Shown here in pieces: positions 12,501-27,500 of a stretch of DNA of 64,000 bases. The stretch is from contig NW_025963791.1 of assembly GCF_023055435.1 (NCBI RefSeq), positions 41,726,001 to 41,790,000 on the forward strand, written 5' to 3'. The first letter of the stretch is position 1. Each line of letters opens with the position of its first letter. The position numbers and the translations under genes were made by a program. Below the pieces are notes generated by a model, which ran no database searches, had not been told where the DNA came from, and saw nothing but the letters and a program-made list of their open reading frames with translations. Source of the stretch: Haliotis rufescens (taxonomy: Eukaryota).

Positions 12501-15500
12501 CTTTCAAAGGCCATTCTGACTGAAGATTTTCAAAAGTATGTTGACTTGTCGACAGAGGGCAGTAGGAGTTGTCTCCCTTTTCCCCGTTGCGAAGGCTCAG
12601 GAGAAACTGAAAGTATATTGTGTTGTTTATGATGCTGTCATTGGTCAAACACAAAACTGGACAGGACAGTGCATTCAAATATGATTATTATACATAAATA
12701 TTCCGCCTTCGGCCTTGAATGTCCCTCAAATGCCGAAACTACCATCTTACCTACTTAACGCATCTTTGATCATGATTTAAATTCTAGCTCGGACACCACA
12801 AGGGTTGACAGGTGACTTAATGGTCAAAGCTTTCGTTCGTCACGCTGGAGACCTGGATGGTGACACATGTTGCAGCCCATTCTCACGACAGGATGTCCAA
12901 GTCATTAAAGCAGTGTATACCCGATTCACTCGCCCACTACAGAACCCGTGAAGATCCGGGTTAGAATTGATCTTCAGCAACCCATGCTTGCCGTAAAAGG
13001 CGACTATGGTTGTCGTAAGAGGCGACTAACGGGATTGGTCAGACTCGCCGACTTTCTTGATGCATGTCATCGTATCCCAATTGCGTAGATTGATGCTCAG
13101 GATGTCAATCACTAGATTGTCAGGTCCAGACTCGACCATTTTCAGATCGCCGTCATATAGCTGGAATATTGCTGAGTGCGGCGTTAAACAACAAACAAAC
13201 AAACGAACAAACAAACAGTTCGTTCTGCCAACAGTGAGTGAGGGGATGGTATGCCAAGGCGGCCTGAGTGGAGTCTGGGCAGACAAACCAGTGGTTGACA
13301 GTGTGATCAACATTCCCCACAGGGTTGCCGTTTCACACAACCAGCAAGGTCACACATCGTAGCTGATGCCCGATCGCGACTAGACTCTACAACAAGCGTG
13401 CGATACAAGCAACACATTTCCCCTGAATCCCCACCGAAGTGATCTCGGGAAAATATAAAACTCTAATATGAATAAAGTGCAAGTGATTCCCTGGCATTTG
13501 ATTGGCTAACCAAGCAATAGATTTTGCGTTCATGGTTCGATTAACCGACCAATCATTACCCCTACTGACGGACTAGTATTTCCTGATTGGCTGACAGTGC
13601 AGTGGTCGGGGCTAATGTTGCATTATTGCGGAACGATGGCACCGATTTCGTACTGTTGTCTGCAGTTTTTATGTGTTAATAATTAGATAACCAGCCTGTG
13701 AAGTTAGTGTTGTTGACGTATTTATTTACAAGAACTGACTTCAACAGAACTAACCTGAGATTACCGTAATACCTTATAAAAGAGATTCACACCCAACTGG
13801 CGTCTGTATTCTGGGCTCGCCGAGAGCGGCTGCTGCTGTGAGGGGTGTAGTTCAGCGTGGAGGTACGTCAGGATGCCTGGACAGACACAGATAGTGGTGG
13901 ACGATATCGGTGTTTTATACACTTTGTAAGATTGCCCATTGATTAGCTTTAGAAGTAATCAATGTATTGAGTAAAACCTATTCACCTGTACGTTTTGTAA
14001 GTGTAATGTTCAGATAGGATGGTGTAGCGGGTAATACATTGCAACTAAACCGTGGCATTTGATTGGGTAACCAAGGAATCTGTTCGCATTTATGTTTTCA
14101 TGAACCGGAAAATACTTTGGGCACGTGACCCGTGAAGATTCGGGGTAGAATAGGTGTTCAGCAACCCATGCTTGCCATAAAAGGCGACTATGCTTGTCGT
14201 AAAAGGCGACTAACGGGATCGGGTGGTCAGGCTCGCTGACTTGGTTGATGCATGTCATCGATCCCAATTGCGTGGATCGATGATCACTGGATTATCTGGT
14301 CCAGACTCGATTATTTACAGACCGCCGTCAAATAGCTGGAATATTGGTGAGTGCGGCGTTAAACAACAAACCAACCAACTACGGGCACGTCATACAAACA
14401 TACCACAGGTTTTTTTCTGATTGACGAATTTGAGATGCAGTTGACGACACCCGAATGTAGGATTCAGTTAACAATACCCGAATGTAAAATGCAGTTAACG
14501 ACACCCAAATGTAAGATGAAGTTAACGATACCCGAATTTTAAATGCAGTTAACGATACATACAAACGAACTACAGGTGACATGTTGCTAGCACGGGTTTC
14601 TAGGTTTGTTAGCACCATATCCGTGCTCGTGTGTTTCATCGAAGTGTTAAACGTCTGAGACCTGCATCACTTCGGGCATTCCTCCCACATTAAGCTGACA
14701 CGCCGCGATATAACGGTGATACTGTTAATAGCGCCGTTTAACCCAACTCACTCACTCACTACAAAAACGACGTAACAGAAAGACATTTACCCACCACCTA
14801 CCTTTCAACAGCGGTGTGTCACACAAGCATCTACTCTCCTACCTTGCAGCAACGGGGTGATGGGCAGACAATTGCCCACCTACATTGCAACGAGGATGTG
14901 CCCAACAGACATTTACACATACCTTGCAACAACGACGTCACTGACAGACACACCCACCTTGCAACTACGACGTGACTGACAGACACACCCACCTTCAAAC
15001 AACGACGTGACTGACTGACACACCCACCTTGCAACAACGACGTGACTGACAGACACACCAATCTTGCAACAACGACGTGACTGACAGACACACCCACCTT
15101 GCAAAAACGACGTGACTGACAGACACACCCTACTTGCAACAACAACGTGACTGACAGACACACCTACCTTGCAACAACTACGTGACTGACAGACACACCC
15201 ACCTTGCAACAACGACGTGACTGACAGACACACCCACCTTGCAACAACGACGTGACTGACAGACACATCCACCTTGCAACAACGACGTGACTGGCAGACA
15301 CACCTACCTTGCAACAACGACGTGACTGACAGACACACCAATCTTGCAACAACGACGTGACTGACAGACACACCCACCTTGCAACAACGACGTGACTGAC
15401 AGACACACCCACCTTGCAACAACGACGTTATTGACAGACACACCCATCTTGCAACAACGACGTGACTGACAGACACACCCACCTTGCAACAACGGCGTGA

Positions 15501-18500
15501 CTGACAGACACACCCACCTTGCAACAACGGCGTGACTGGCAGACACACATACCTTGCAACAACGACGTGACTGACAGACACACCCATCTTGCAACAACGG
15601 CGTGACTGACAGACACACCCACCTTGCAACAACGGCGTGACTGGCAGACACACCCACCTTGCAACAACGACGTGACTGACAGACACACCCACCTTGCAAC
15701 AACGACGTGACTGACAGACACACCCACCTTGCAACAACGACGTGACTGGCAGACACACCTACCTTGCAACAACGACGTGACTGACAGACACACCAATCTT
15801 GCAACAACGACGTGACTGACAGACACACCCACCTTGCAACAACGACGTGACTGACAGACACACCCACCTTGCAACAACGACGTGACTGACAGACACACCC
15901 ACCTTGCAACAACGGCGTGACTGACAGACACACCCACCTTGCAACAACGACGTGACTGACAGACACACCCACCTTGCAATAACGACCTGTCCGTCAGACA
16001 TTTGCCCATCAACAGATCTTCAGTTTTACTGGCATGAATCTGCAGGAACAGAAGGTGTGTGTAAATCTACCTCAGTCATCAGTCACAGTATCTGCATAAT
16101 GTGTACATTTGTGAATTGGAAGCAACTGCAATTACTAGTACGAAGTTTTAATGAAATATGTTGTAACTTAAGTAATTTAGAAGGTTATATTATTTATTTA
16201 TACAAATTGTGGCTTTCCTATCATTCTGTACAAATTCAGCTGAATCAAGTACAGTATAGAATGGTATCAATTATCTCACCGTGTCTGGACTTATACCACC
16301 AAAGACCAAAGACGGCCGGCATACGACCTGGCTGTGCACGTCCAGGGTCAAACAGAATGCAGCATTCACATAGGCGTGGGCGTTCTGATACAAACAGTTC
16401 AAACAAGAGAATCAAGCAAGGTTTACGACAAGGCTTTGTCTCAAGCATTCTGTAAACTAGGGATGTAACAATTAATCGCATTTTTATTGTATCGCTATTT
16501 TCATGGCCCGATGGCAGGACATCGATGGCAAATTAACAAATCAACAGTGCAGATCGATATTAGACAGTGCAGATCGATATTAGACAGTGCGGAGGTGTCG
16601 CCTTTAACTGCCGAGCATCTGCTGAATTGGGGATTTTCGGGCGCTTCGGCTTTCTCATGTCAAATATTTTAAAGACAAGTTTATATTTGAAACGGTAGAG
16701 GTACTCATTAAACAGTTGCGGGACTTTTGCCATACTTGTACCTGCATTGTTATACTTGTATCATTACAATAGTTGTACCTACGTTGTAATACTTGCATCA
16801 TTACAATAGTTGTACCTACGTTGAAATAGCTGTACCAGCATTTCAATAGTTGTACCTACAATGCATTGCCACAATTGTACCTATATTGCAATATCAGTAC
16901 CTACGTTGTAATACTTGTATCCACATTACAATAGTAGAACCAACATTGTGATACTTGTATCCACATTACAATAGTCGCACCTACATTGCAATAGTAGTAC
17001 CAACAATGCAATACTTACATCCATATTACAATAGTCGCACCTACATTGCAATATCAGTACCTACGTTGTAATACTTGTATCCGTATTACAATAGTAGTAC
17101 CTACATTGTGTAATTTGTATCCACATTACAATAGTCGCACTTACATTGCAATAGTAGTACCAACATTGTAATACTTACATCCATATTACAATAGTTGTAC
17201 CTACATTGCAATAGCTGTACCTTTAGTGCAGAATATGTATCTATATCACAATATATGTACTTACATTGCAATAGACGTATCTACATTGTAATAGTGTCCC
17301 AAAAAACGTTTTTTAACTATCGCAACATTACTAATCCAGCTATACCGAAGAGAAGGGCACATTTATACCATATTCCTCATATTAATAACAGCTTATATCG
17401 AACTTTATTACCTCAATATATCTAAGACTATAAACTCAATACATCTAAGACTATAAACTCAATACATCTAAGACTATAAACTCAATACATCTAAGACTTT
17501 AAACTCAATACATCTTAGACTATAAACTAATTACATCTAAGACTATAAACTCAATACATCTAAGACTTTAAACTCAATACATCTAAGACTATAAACTCAA
17601 TACATCTAAAACTATAAACTCAATACATCTAAGACTATAAACTCAATACATCTAAGACTATAAACTCAATACATCTAAGACTATAAACTCAATACATCTA
17701 AGACTTTAAACTCAATACATCTAAGACTATAAACTCAATACATCTAAGACTATAAACTCAATACATATCAGACTATAAACTCAATACATCTAAGACTATA
17801 AACTCAATACATCTAAGACTATAAACTCAAGATATCGGACATAATTACTTTGATATTCCGAATTTTACACGCATGGTCCCCACCGAAACCTTCTCGGCAT
17901 TCCGCTTGTCTCAACGTAAGGATAACATGTATTCGATAATCGCCGGGACTTTGATATAACGTGTATGTTTGTACATGGGTACTGTACCTGGAGTCTGGGG
18001 GATACCTTGAAAGACTGGACACGGGCCCTGGGGTCCAGCTGGAACAACTCAAGGCGCGTGATGGTCTTTCCTGCCATCTCAAGTTGCAGGAAGTCTTTGA
18101 GGCTGTGGTCACCTTCAGCCCCAGGGCCGTGATCTGGGATACATCAACGAACGTTTACAGGCATACATGTTTCATTCAGCTTTACAGTTTTGCGTCCTTT
18201 AGCTAGTGCTTTGCCAGGATCTATTGTGAATTAGTGAGGAGAAATATAGCATTACCTCCAGGTCCATCATGGCAGGGCACCAGAGATTGGGATACTCGCA
18301 TTGTAACAATGTGAGGAACACGAATTGAACTTGGGTTTCCTATTAAGCTAAACAAATCACTTTTCGTTAGACACCGTAGTACTATTTCCATAAAATAAAT
18401 GGCAAGCTGTTTTAATGTCCATGTGGGAGGCTTCATCCCCACATCAACCAACCATAACATGAATGGGATGATTAATAAGTTATGCTCTGGAGTCCCTGAG

Positions 18501-21500
18501 TGTACATCTGTAAATTGGGCATTCTCATGATTGAAATGCAATGAGGGCAATCTAACCTACTTATAATGAGTAATGGATGGCGATTCACTCCGCACCTGCT
18601 TTCTCATGGCAGGCTGTAAATAAGCTGTACCAGGAACACACCGTGCTGGACATGGTGAGCAGCAAACCACTGCCACACAATGTAACTACTCGATCCTTAT
18701 AGGATTCTGCAGACATGATCCATCCCAGAATCCCTTCCGCGGTGGGTAGGATCTATACATCTATCACTGCATTTGATCAAATCGGAAAACAAAACAAAAT
18801 AACCGGGCTTATTGCTGGTGGTGTAACGTGTGATCCACGGCAAAAATGAAATCATCATAATTTGAATAAGGATTGGCAGACAGCTCTTTCTTCTATTGTG
18901 GAAGGAGATGGAAATCTGGTAAGGATGTTCAATTATTTTTCAAGCCATAGTCATGTATGGCCGCCATGGTGACAACAGACTTCTGCACAGGCGTATTGTC
19001 CTGGTATAACAACACAGCTTTTCCGAGTTTTCCCACGAGGTTTCAGAATTGATATGCCGAACCAGAATACTATAATGATCTGAACTTTCGGGAGGTAGTC
19101 CACCAATAGGATTCCTTTGAAATCTTCGAAAACCGATGAAATCACTTTGCCAGCTGATGAATCATACTTTGCCCTCTTCCGAGGAGGAGTTGTTGTATAT
19201 TTACACTGCTTAGACTGTTGGTTGGTCTCTGGCTGGTAGTGACGAATCAGACTTTGCCTTCTTTCGAGGAAGAGTTGTTGTACATTTACACTGCCTAGAC
19301 TGTTGGTTAGTCTCTGGCTGGTAGTGATGAATCCAAGACTCATCCATGGTTTCGTATCGTTCAACGAAACCAGTTAGGTCTGCTTCAAAGCAACTGTATT
19401 TTCCCATGACAGATAATGAACATTGATCGTTTCTGATCAGAAGTCAGAAACTTTGGAAACCAGCGGGATGAAGCCGTTGTCAGTTCATTCCTCAGAAAGT
19501 TCCTACATCTATCTTGTGTCGTTTGGTGAGTATACTATAATGAATAATAATAACATGTATTTTATCTACAGTTTTCTCAGTGATGACAGTTGAAGGTGCC
19601 CCTGATCTTTGGTCTTCTTCGAGGGTCTCTCTTCCCCTCTACTACTCCGCTGCCCGACTCTTAACAGTGACTGAGAAGGATCATCATCCCCTAAAGTGTA
19701 CACCATGTCCGACTGGATGACTGTTGGAGTTAGGTCTGTCAGTTGGAGATACTTGATGACAACACGATAGCCAATTGTGTCCCTTTCCCCAACATGAAAT
19801 ACATGTACCTTGTCACATTGATGCCTGCAGAAATATACTGCCTGGATGTATTTGTGGTTCATTGATCCTCTAAGCAGTGAAAGTATTGTATTTAGTACAT
19901 GCAGCTTGTTGAGGATGTACTATACATCACTCGTAGTTAGGCTCAGAACGTTTAAAGAAACCCTCGCATGTTTCATGAGAACTCACCCAGGATGTGCACA
20001 CGGGCCGACACAGCCTCGAGCAGAGTGAAGACATCGGACGGGAACTCAGGGTGGCAGTGCTTGACCATCAGGTTTCCGGCCCACGTGCCCGCCTAGAGGA
20101 CCACACGTTACAGTGTTTGTCGTTGTAGAATATACTAAGATTATATGGATAAACACCCGTTACTATTCTTACTATCCAATGTTTCTATATGCACTGCCGG
20201 TATTAGCAGTCTATCGATAGCGTTGACATTCGGCTACATTTCGTTGTGTAATATATTAATCTATTTGCAGCGCATCCTCTTTTTGTCTGCTTGTTTCAAT
20301 GACTATCATTTTTGTCCGGTAGCAACTCTAAATTGGTAAGGCTTTTCTTCTGGTATGCTATAATCAGAGGTATTCTGACACAAATGTATGTGTACAACTA
20401 TACAATTAACTGTCAGTCAGAATATAAACGCAACTACTGGGATGGGTATTGTTATCATAGTTGTTGTTTTCAATAAAATATCAACATCATTAAAAACGTG
20501 GCGAAAGGAACAAATAGGTCCCGCCTATCTGGTTTCCCGAAAAAATGTCGTCGGCTAATATTCGGCTTACATTCCTGACCAAGACATTGCCGACTTTCCG
20601 GAGATGTGCGGCTACAGCCGTGAAATAGGAGTAGCCCGGCCCGGACGCCATGTCCGCCAACGTCTTAATCAGCGCACTGAGAGTCACATTGGAGCCGATC
20701 GTCACACTGGACCTCTGAGTCTAGCAAACAAATGTACATCATATAAGTTATATATATATAGACTTGTTACTTGATTCAACACAACCATGTAGTGCCTTTA
20801 CATACGTAGTTTCAATAGTAGTCAGTGATCCAGGCTGAAACGCCTTGTCTCCTTATTGCGGACGTTTTTTTGACCTGCATCCGTTTATGCGTAAGCAGTT
20901 TCAACCTGACAGAATATCCAACTTGGTGAATTACTTGTACAAGGGCTGCATGGGTACCGGTTTTAGTACATCATTAACATGGAAACACGTCGTCCTATAA
21001 AAAAACATTGTAGCTATTATTTTTAACTGTGAGTGAGTGAGTGGGTGAATGGGTGAGTGGGTAAATGTGTGAGTGTGTGAGTGAGTGAGTGAGTGAGTGA
21101 GTGAGTGAGGTTTTATGCCGCTTTTAGCAATATTCCACGGCCGGGAACATCAGAAATGGGCTTCAAACATTGTAATCGAACATGGGTCTTCGGCGTGACG
21201 AGCGAACACTTTAACCACAAGGCTACCCGACCGCCCCGAGGGGTATACTACGTATTATTAGGAACAGTGATTAACCTCAGTTTTGTAAAACTCTTGAATG
21301 TTCTGTAGATCCACGTATGTGTCAAAAGGGCCATCGTGCTTGTAGATTCCTGCAATAGAAATGACAATAAGGTATATGCTACACTGTACCAGCACACCCC
21401 CCCCCCCCACACCAACCCCACCCACCCACCCCACCCCCCCCACCCCCCCCCACCCCACCCGCACAAATATGACTTGAGATGCATCCGTTACTTGACCTGA

Positions 21501-24500
21501 TTGGTCTCGCATGTCTATTCCATGTACTAATCCTTGCAGGATTCCATTGCATTGAACGTATATTCAATAAGGTGGCGATGATGCAAAACAGGACGACACA
21601 GAAGGATGTAGAGTGAAACCTCTATAACTCGATAACACGAAACCATGGGGCACAAATGATCGGGCTATCCGAGGTTCGACATATACGGATCGCCGATATA
21701 ACATGATGATAAAAAGTTTTCAACGACACGTCGAGTTGCAGCGGTTTCATTGCACTAAGTAGACTTCTACAACAGGACGTGTGACAGTAAACTACCCAGG
21801 TACGACCACACGCTAATACCGCCGGTCATTAGATGCGGTTTCGTCTTCCCAGATCCTTGAACTCCATGGGCCTGAGCAACCAATGGTCAGACATGTTGCC
21901 TACCTGTCATGGCTGCCATGGTGCGGGAACGCTTAGGGGGAGATGGTGGCCCAGTGGTCTAAGACGCCGCAGGTCGACTAACATACGTTAGCAGAGCCAG
22001 AAACCGCTGAATGTGGCTGGTTCGAATCCCATTTTTACAGGAGACTTGGGTTCTCGGCGCTATATCCGATCTCGATGCTTTCACAACATGGTAAAGGTGC
22101 TTTGTTCTTCAGCATTACGTTGTGGTATAACAGAAATGACGTGGCGTTAACACCGACTCACTCACTTATGCGTTATGACAGTCTACACGGTTGTTAAGGC
22201 GATGACCTACCCGAGGCAGTGTTGCCGGCGAGCTGACGGACTGCGAGAGACGTGGAGGTGTTGGTCAGCACAAGGGTCAGCTGGCGGATGGACCTGGGTT
22301 TGTACCACTCAGTGTCGCCCCTGACTACATGGAACACGTCCAGGCCGTCACCCACGTTGCTGGTTTGTTTTGAACCGCCATTGCAGGAACCGTTGCTCAC
22401 ACATCCCAAACAGGACTTGCCCGTGCGGTCACAACGTGACTCCGAAAGATCCTTACACGGCGAAAGATGGGGAACAAATAAAGGTATTGAATGTTGAAAG
22501 TGTAGGCCGATTCTGAAACTGCATACTGGGTAGAAAGTAGGCTAAGACACTGAGTGATTGTAGTTTCAGACAATATATCTTTTCAGATAGCTATTGAAGA
22601 ACCATTGTATAGAATACTCTGTATGAACCACTTTATTATAAAGTTTATAAAGTCTAATACTGCTACTGTGTGATATATTCAATCATTTATCCCACAGATG
22701 CTTGGGAAAATCAAAGTATTCACTGATCCTATTGTAAAATAGGCGACAAAGCATATTTCAAACTTTCCAAGGTTGAACTATTTATGCTAACCTTCCATCT
22801 GAGGACTGTGAATATACAATGAAGTTATTTATCGCGAGAGGTATATCCGTGAGAGGGAAAGTGAGGGTGTTTGAACGTGGGACAGACTGTTAGCCTATTA
22901 TTAAAGCAGTTCGCAGCCAGATTTCTTCCACACACACAATGTCTCATGACGACGTTTAGTGTAAGCATTGGACACCTACCTCTATATCAAAACCCAGCCC
23001 GGCGCTAGCGGTCCCGGCAAAGGTCCTCATGGCGTCAAGGATTGGTCGGTATCCTGTGCATCGGCAAATGTTGCCGTCGAAATTGTCATCGATGTCCTGC
23101 TTTGTCAGTGCTGGTTTCTGATGCACTAACCTGGATGTTATGGACAAATAATATGATCATCAATAACATTCTATATCATAGCCAGAGATAATCAGGACTA
23201 AAACTGTTGTAACTGGATCTGAAGGGAATATTGAAATCACAAGGCCTTTCGGGGAAAAAGGGTTTGCAGCCAGACATACCCATACATGTGCATGACCATC
23301 CCCGGAGTACAGGAGCCACACTTACCCAAACATGTTCATGACCATCCCTGGAGTACAGTAGCCACACTTACCCATACATGTTCATGACCATCCCTGGAGT
23401 ACAGTATCCACACTTACCCATACATGTTCATGACCATCCCTGGAGTACAGTAGCCATACTTACCCATACATGTTCATGACCATCCCTGGAGTACAGTATC
23501 CACACTTACCCATACATGTTCATGACCATCCCTGGAGTACAGTAGCCACACTTACCCATACATGTTCATGACCATCCCTGGAGTACAGTATCCACACTTA
23601 CCCATACATGTTCATGACCATCCCTGGAGTACAGTAGCCATACTTACCCATACATGTTCATGACCATCCCTGGAGTACAGTATCCACACTTACCCAAACA
23701 TGTTCATGACCATCCCTGGAGTACAGGAGCAACACTTACCCAAACATGTTCATGACCATCCCTGGAGTACAGTAGCCACACTTACCCATACATGTTCATG
23801 ACCATCCCCGGAGTACAGGAGCCACACTTACCCAAACATGTTCATGACCATCCCTGGAGTACAGTAGCCACACTTACCCATACATGTTCATGACCATCCC
23901 TGGAGTACAGTATCCATACTTACCCATACATGTTCATGACCATCCCTGGAGTACAGTAGCGACACTTAACCATATATGTTCATGACCATCCCTGGAGTAC
24001 AGTAGCAACACTTACCCAAACATGTTCATGACCATCCCTGGAGTACAGTATCCACACTTACCCATACATGTTCATGACCATCCCTGGAGTACAGGAGCCA
24101 CACTTACCCATACATGTTCATGACAATCCCTGGAGTACAGGAACCACACTTAACCATACATGTTCATGACCATCCCTGGAGTACAGTAGCCACACTTACC
24201 AATAAATGTTCGGAGCCACACTTACCCATACATGTTCATGACCATCCCTGGAGTACAGTAGCCACACTTACCCATACATGTTCGGAGCCACACTTACCCA
24301 TACATGTTCATGACCATCCCTGGAGTACAGTAGCCACACTTACCAATAAATGTTCGGAGCCACACTTACCCACACATGTTCATGACCATCCCTGGAGTAC
24401 AGTAGCCACACTTACCCATACATGTTTGGAGCCACACTTACCCATACATGTTCATGACCATCCCTGGAGTACAGGAGCCACACTTACCCATACATGTTCA

Positions 24501-27500
24501 TGACCATCCCTGGAGTACAGGAGCCACACTTACCCATACATGTTCATGACCATCCCTGGAGTACAGTATCCACACTTACCCATACATGTTCATGACCATC
24601 CCTGGAGTACAGTAGCCATACTTACCCATACATGTTCATGACCATCCCTGGAGTACAGTATCCACACTTACCCAAACATGTTCATGACCATCCCTGGAGT
24701 ACAGGAGCAACACTTACCCAAACATGTTCATGACCATCCCTGGAGTACAGTAGCCACACTTACCCATACATGTTCATGACCATCCCCGGAGTACAGGAGC
24801 CACACTTACCCAAACATGTTCATGACCATCCCTGGAGTACAGTAGCCACACTTACCCATACATGTTCATGACCATCCCTGGAGTACAGTATCCACACTTA
24901 CCCATACATGTTCATGACCATCCCTGGAGTACAGTAGCGACACTTAACCATATATGTTCATGACCATCCCTGGAGTACAGTAGCAACACTTACCCAAACA
25001 TGTTCATGACCATCCCTGGAGTACAGTATCCACACTTACCCAAACATGTTCATGACCATCCCTGGAGTACAGTATCCACACTTACCCATACATGTTCATG
25101 ACAATCCCTGGAGTACAGGAGCCACACTTAACCATACATGTTCATGACCATCCCTTGAGTACAGTAGCCACACTTACCAATAAATGTTCGGAGCCACACT
25201 TACCCATACATGTTCATGACCATCCCTGGAGTACAGTAGCCACACTTACCCATACATGTTCGGAGCCACACTTACCCATACATGTTCATGACCATCCCTG
25301 GAGTACAGTAGCCACACTTACCAATAAATGTTCGGAGCCACACTTACCCACACATGTTCATGACCATCCCTGGAGTACAGTAGCCACACTTAAGCATACA
25401 TGTTCATGACCATCCCTGGAGTACAGGAGCCACACTTACCCATACATGTTCATGACCATCCCTGGAGTACAGGAGTCACACTTACCCATACATGTTCATG
25501 ACCATCCCTGGAGTACAGTAGCCACACTTAACCATACATGTTCATGACCATCCCTGGAGTACAGTATCCACACTTACCCTGCATGTTCATGACCATCCCT
25601 GGAGTACAGTAGCCACACTTAACCATACATGTTCATGACCATCCCTGGAGTACAGTAGCCACACTTACCCATACATGTTCGGGGCCACACTTACCCATAC
25701 ATGTTCATGACCATCCCTGGAGTACAGTAGCCACACTTACCAATAAATGTTCGAAGCCACACTTACCCACACATGTTCATGACCATCCCTGGAGTACAGT
25801 AGCCACACTTAACCATACATGTTCATGACCATCCCTGGAGTACAGTAGCAACACTTACCCATACATGTTCATGGCCATCCCTGGAGTACAGGAGCCACAC
25901 TTACCCATACATGTTCATGACCACCCCTGGAGTACAGGAGCCACACTTACCTATACATGTTCATGACCATCCCTGGAGTACAGGAGCCACACTTACACAT
26001 ACGTGTTCATGGCATTCCCTGGAGTACAAGAGCCACACTTACCTATACATGTTCATGACCACCCCTTGAGTACAGGAGGCACACTTACCCATACATGTTC
26101 ATGACCATCCCTGGAGTACAGTAGCCACACTTACCCATACATGTTTGGAGCCACACTTACCCATACATGTTCATGACCATCCCTGGAGTACAGGAGCCAC
26201 ACTTACCCATACATGTTCATGACCATCCCTGGAGTACAGTAGCCACACTTACCCATACATGTTTGGAGCCACACTTACCCATACATGTTCATGACCATCC
26301 CTGGAGTACAGGAGCCACACTTACCCATACATGTTCATGACCATCCCTGGAGTACAGGAGCCACACTTACCCATACATGTTCATGACCATCCCTGGAGTA
26401 CAGTAGCCACACTTACCCATACATGTTCATGACCATCCCTGGAGTACAGTAGCCACACTGAGTGCCGTTGAACTCTGCGATTCTCTTTTGTATTGGGTGG
26501 AATCCATCCCTGGAGTTCCCGAGTCCCTCGGTCGTGGTGATGCTCCAGCCGTCCACACTGTACAGGGGACACAGGCACTGGGGGTACATATTGATAATGC
26601 ATCAGTGACACACTGAGACAGCTTAGAAAGACATTGGGACAGCACAGCGACACATTGAGACAGCTCAGTGGGGCATTGGGACACCTCATTGGGACATTGG
26701 GACAGCACAGTGAGACATGGAGACATCTCAATGAGACATTGGGACAGCACAGCGAGACATTGGGACATCTCAGTGAGACATTGGGACAGCACAGCGAGAC
26801 ATTGAGACATCTCAGTGAGGCACTGAGACAGCTCGGTAGGGCATTAGGACACCTCATTGGGACAATGGGACAGCTCAGTGAGACATTTGGACAGCTCAGT
26901 GAGACATTTTGACAACTCAGTGGGACATTGGGACAACTCAGTGAGACATTGGGACAGCTCAGTGAGACATTTGGACAACTCAGTGGGACATTGGGACAAC
27001 TCAGTGAGACATTGGGACAGCTCAGTGAGACATTGGGATAACTCAGTGAGACATTGGGAGAACTCAGTGGGACATTGGGACAACTCAGTGGGACATTGGG
27101 GCAACTCAGTGGGACATTGAGACAGCTCAGTGGGACCTTGAGACAGCTCAATGAGACATTGAGACAGCTCAGTGAGACATTGAGACAGCTCAGTGAGACA
27201 TTGGGACAACTCAGTGAGACATTGGGACAACTCAGTGAGACATTGAGACAGCTAAGTAAGACATTGGGACAACACAGTGATACATTGAGACAACTTAGTG
27301 GGACATTGGGACAACTCAGTGGGACATTGGGACAACTCAGTGAGACATTAGGACAGCTCAGTGAGACATTGGGACAACTCAGTGGGACATTGGGACAACT
27401 TAGTGGGACATTGGGACAACTCAGTGGGACATTGGGACAACTCAGTGAGACATTAAGACAGCTTTGTGAGACATTGGGGCAGCTCAGTGAGACATTGGGA

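Noticed and set aside
18560-18720. Possible extra AOX exon
   Set aside because: Exons 9 and 10 already join in phase with continuous homology; no family motif here
23272-26459. CRISPR-like appearance of regular repeats (also other arrays)
   Set aside because: Head-to-tail units with no unique spacers, no cas genes, eukaryotic intronic context
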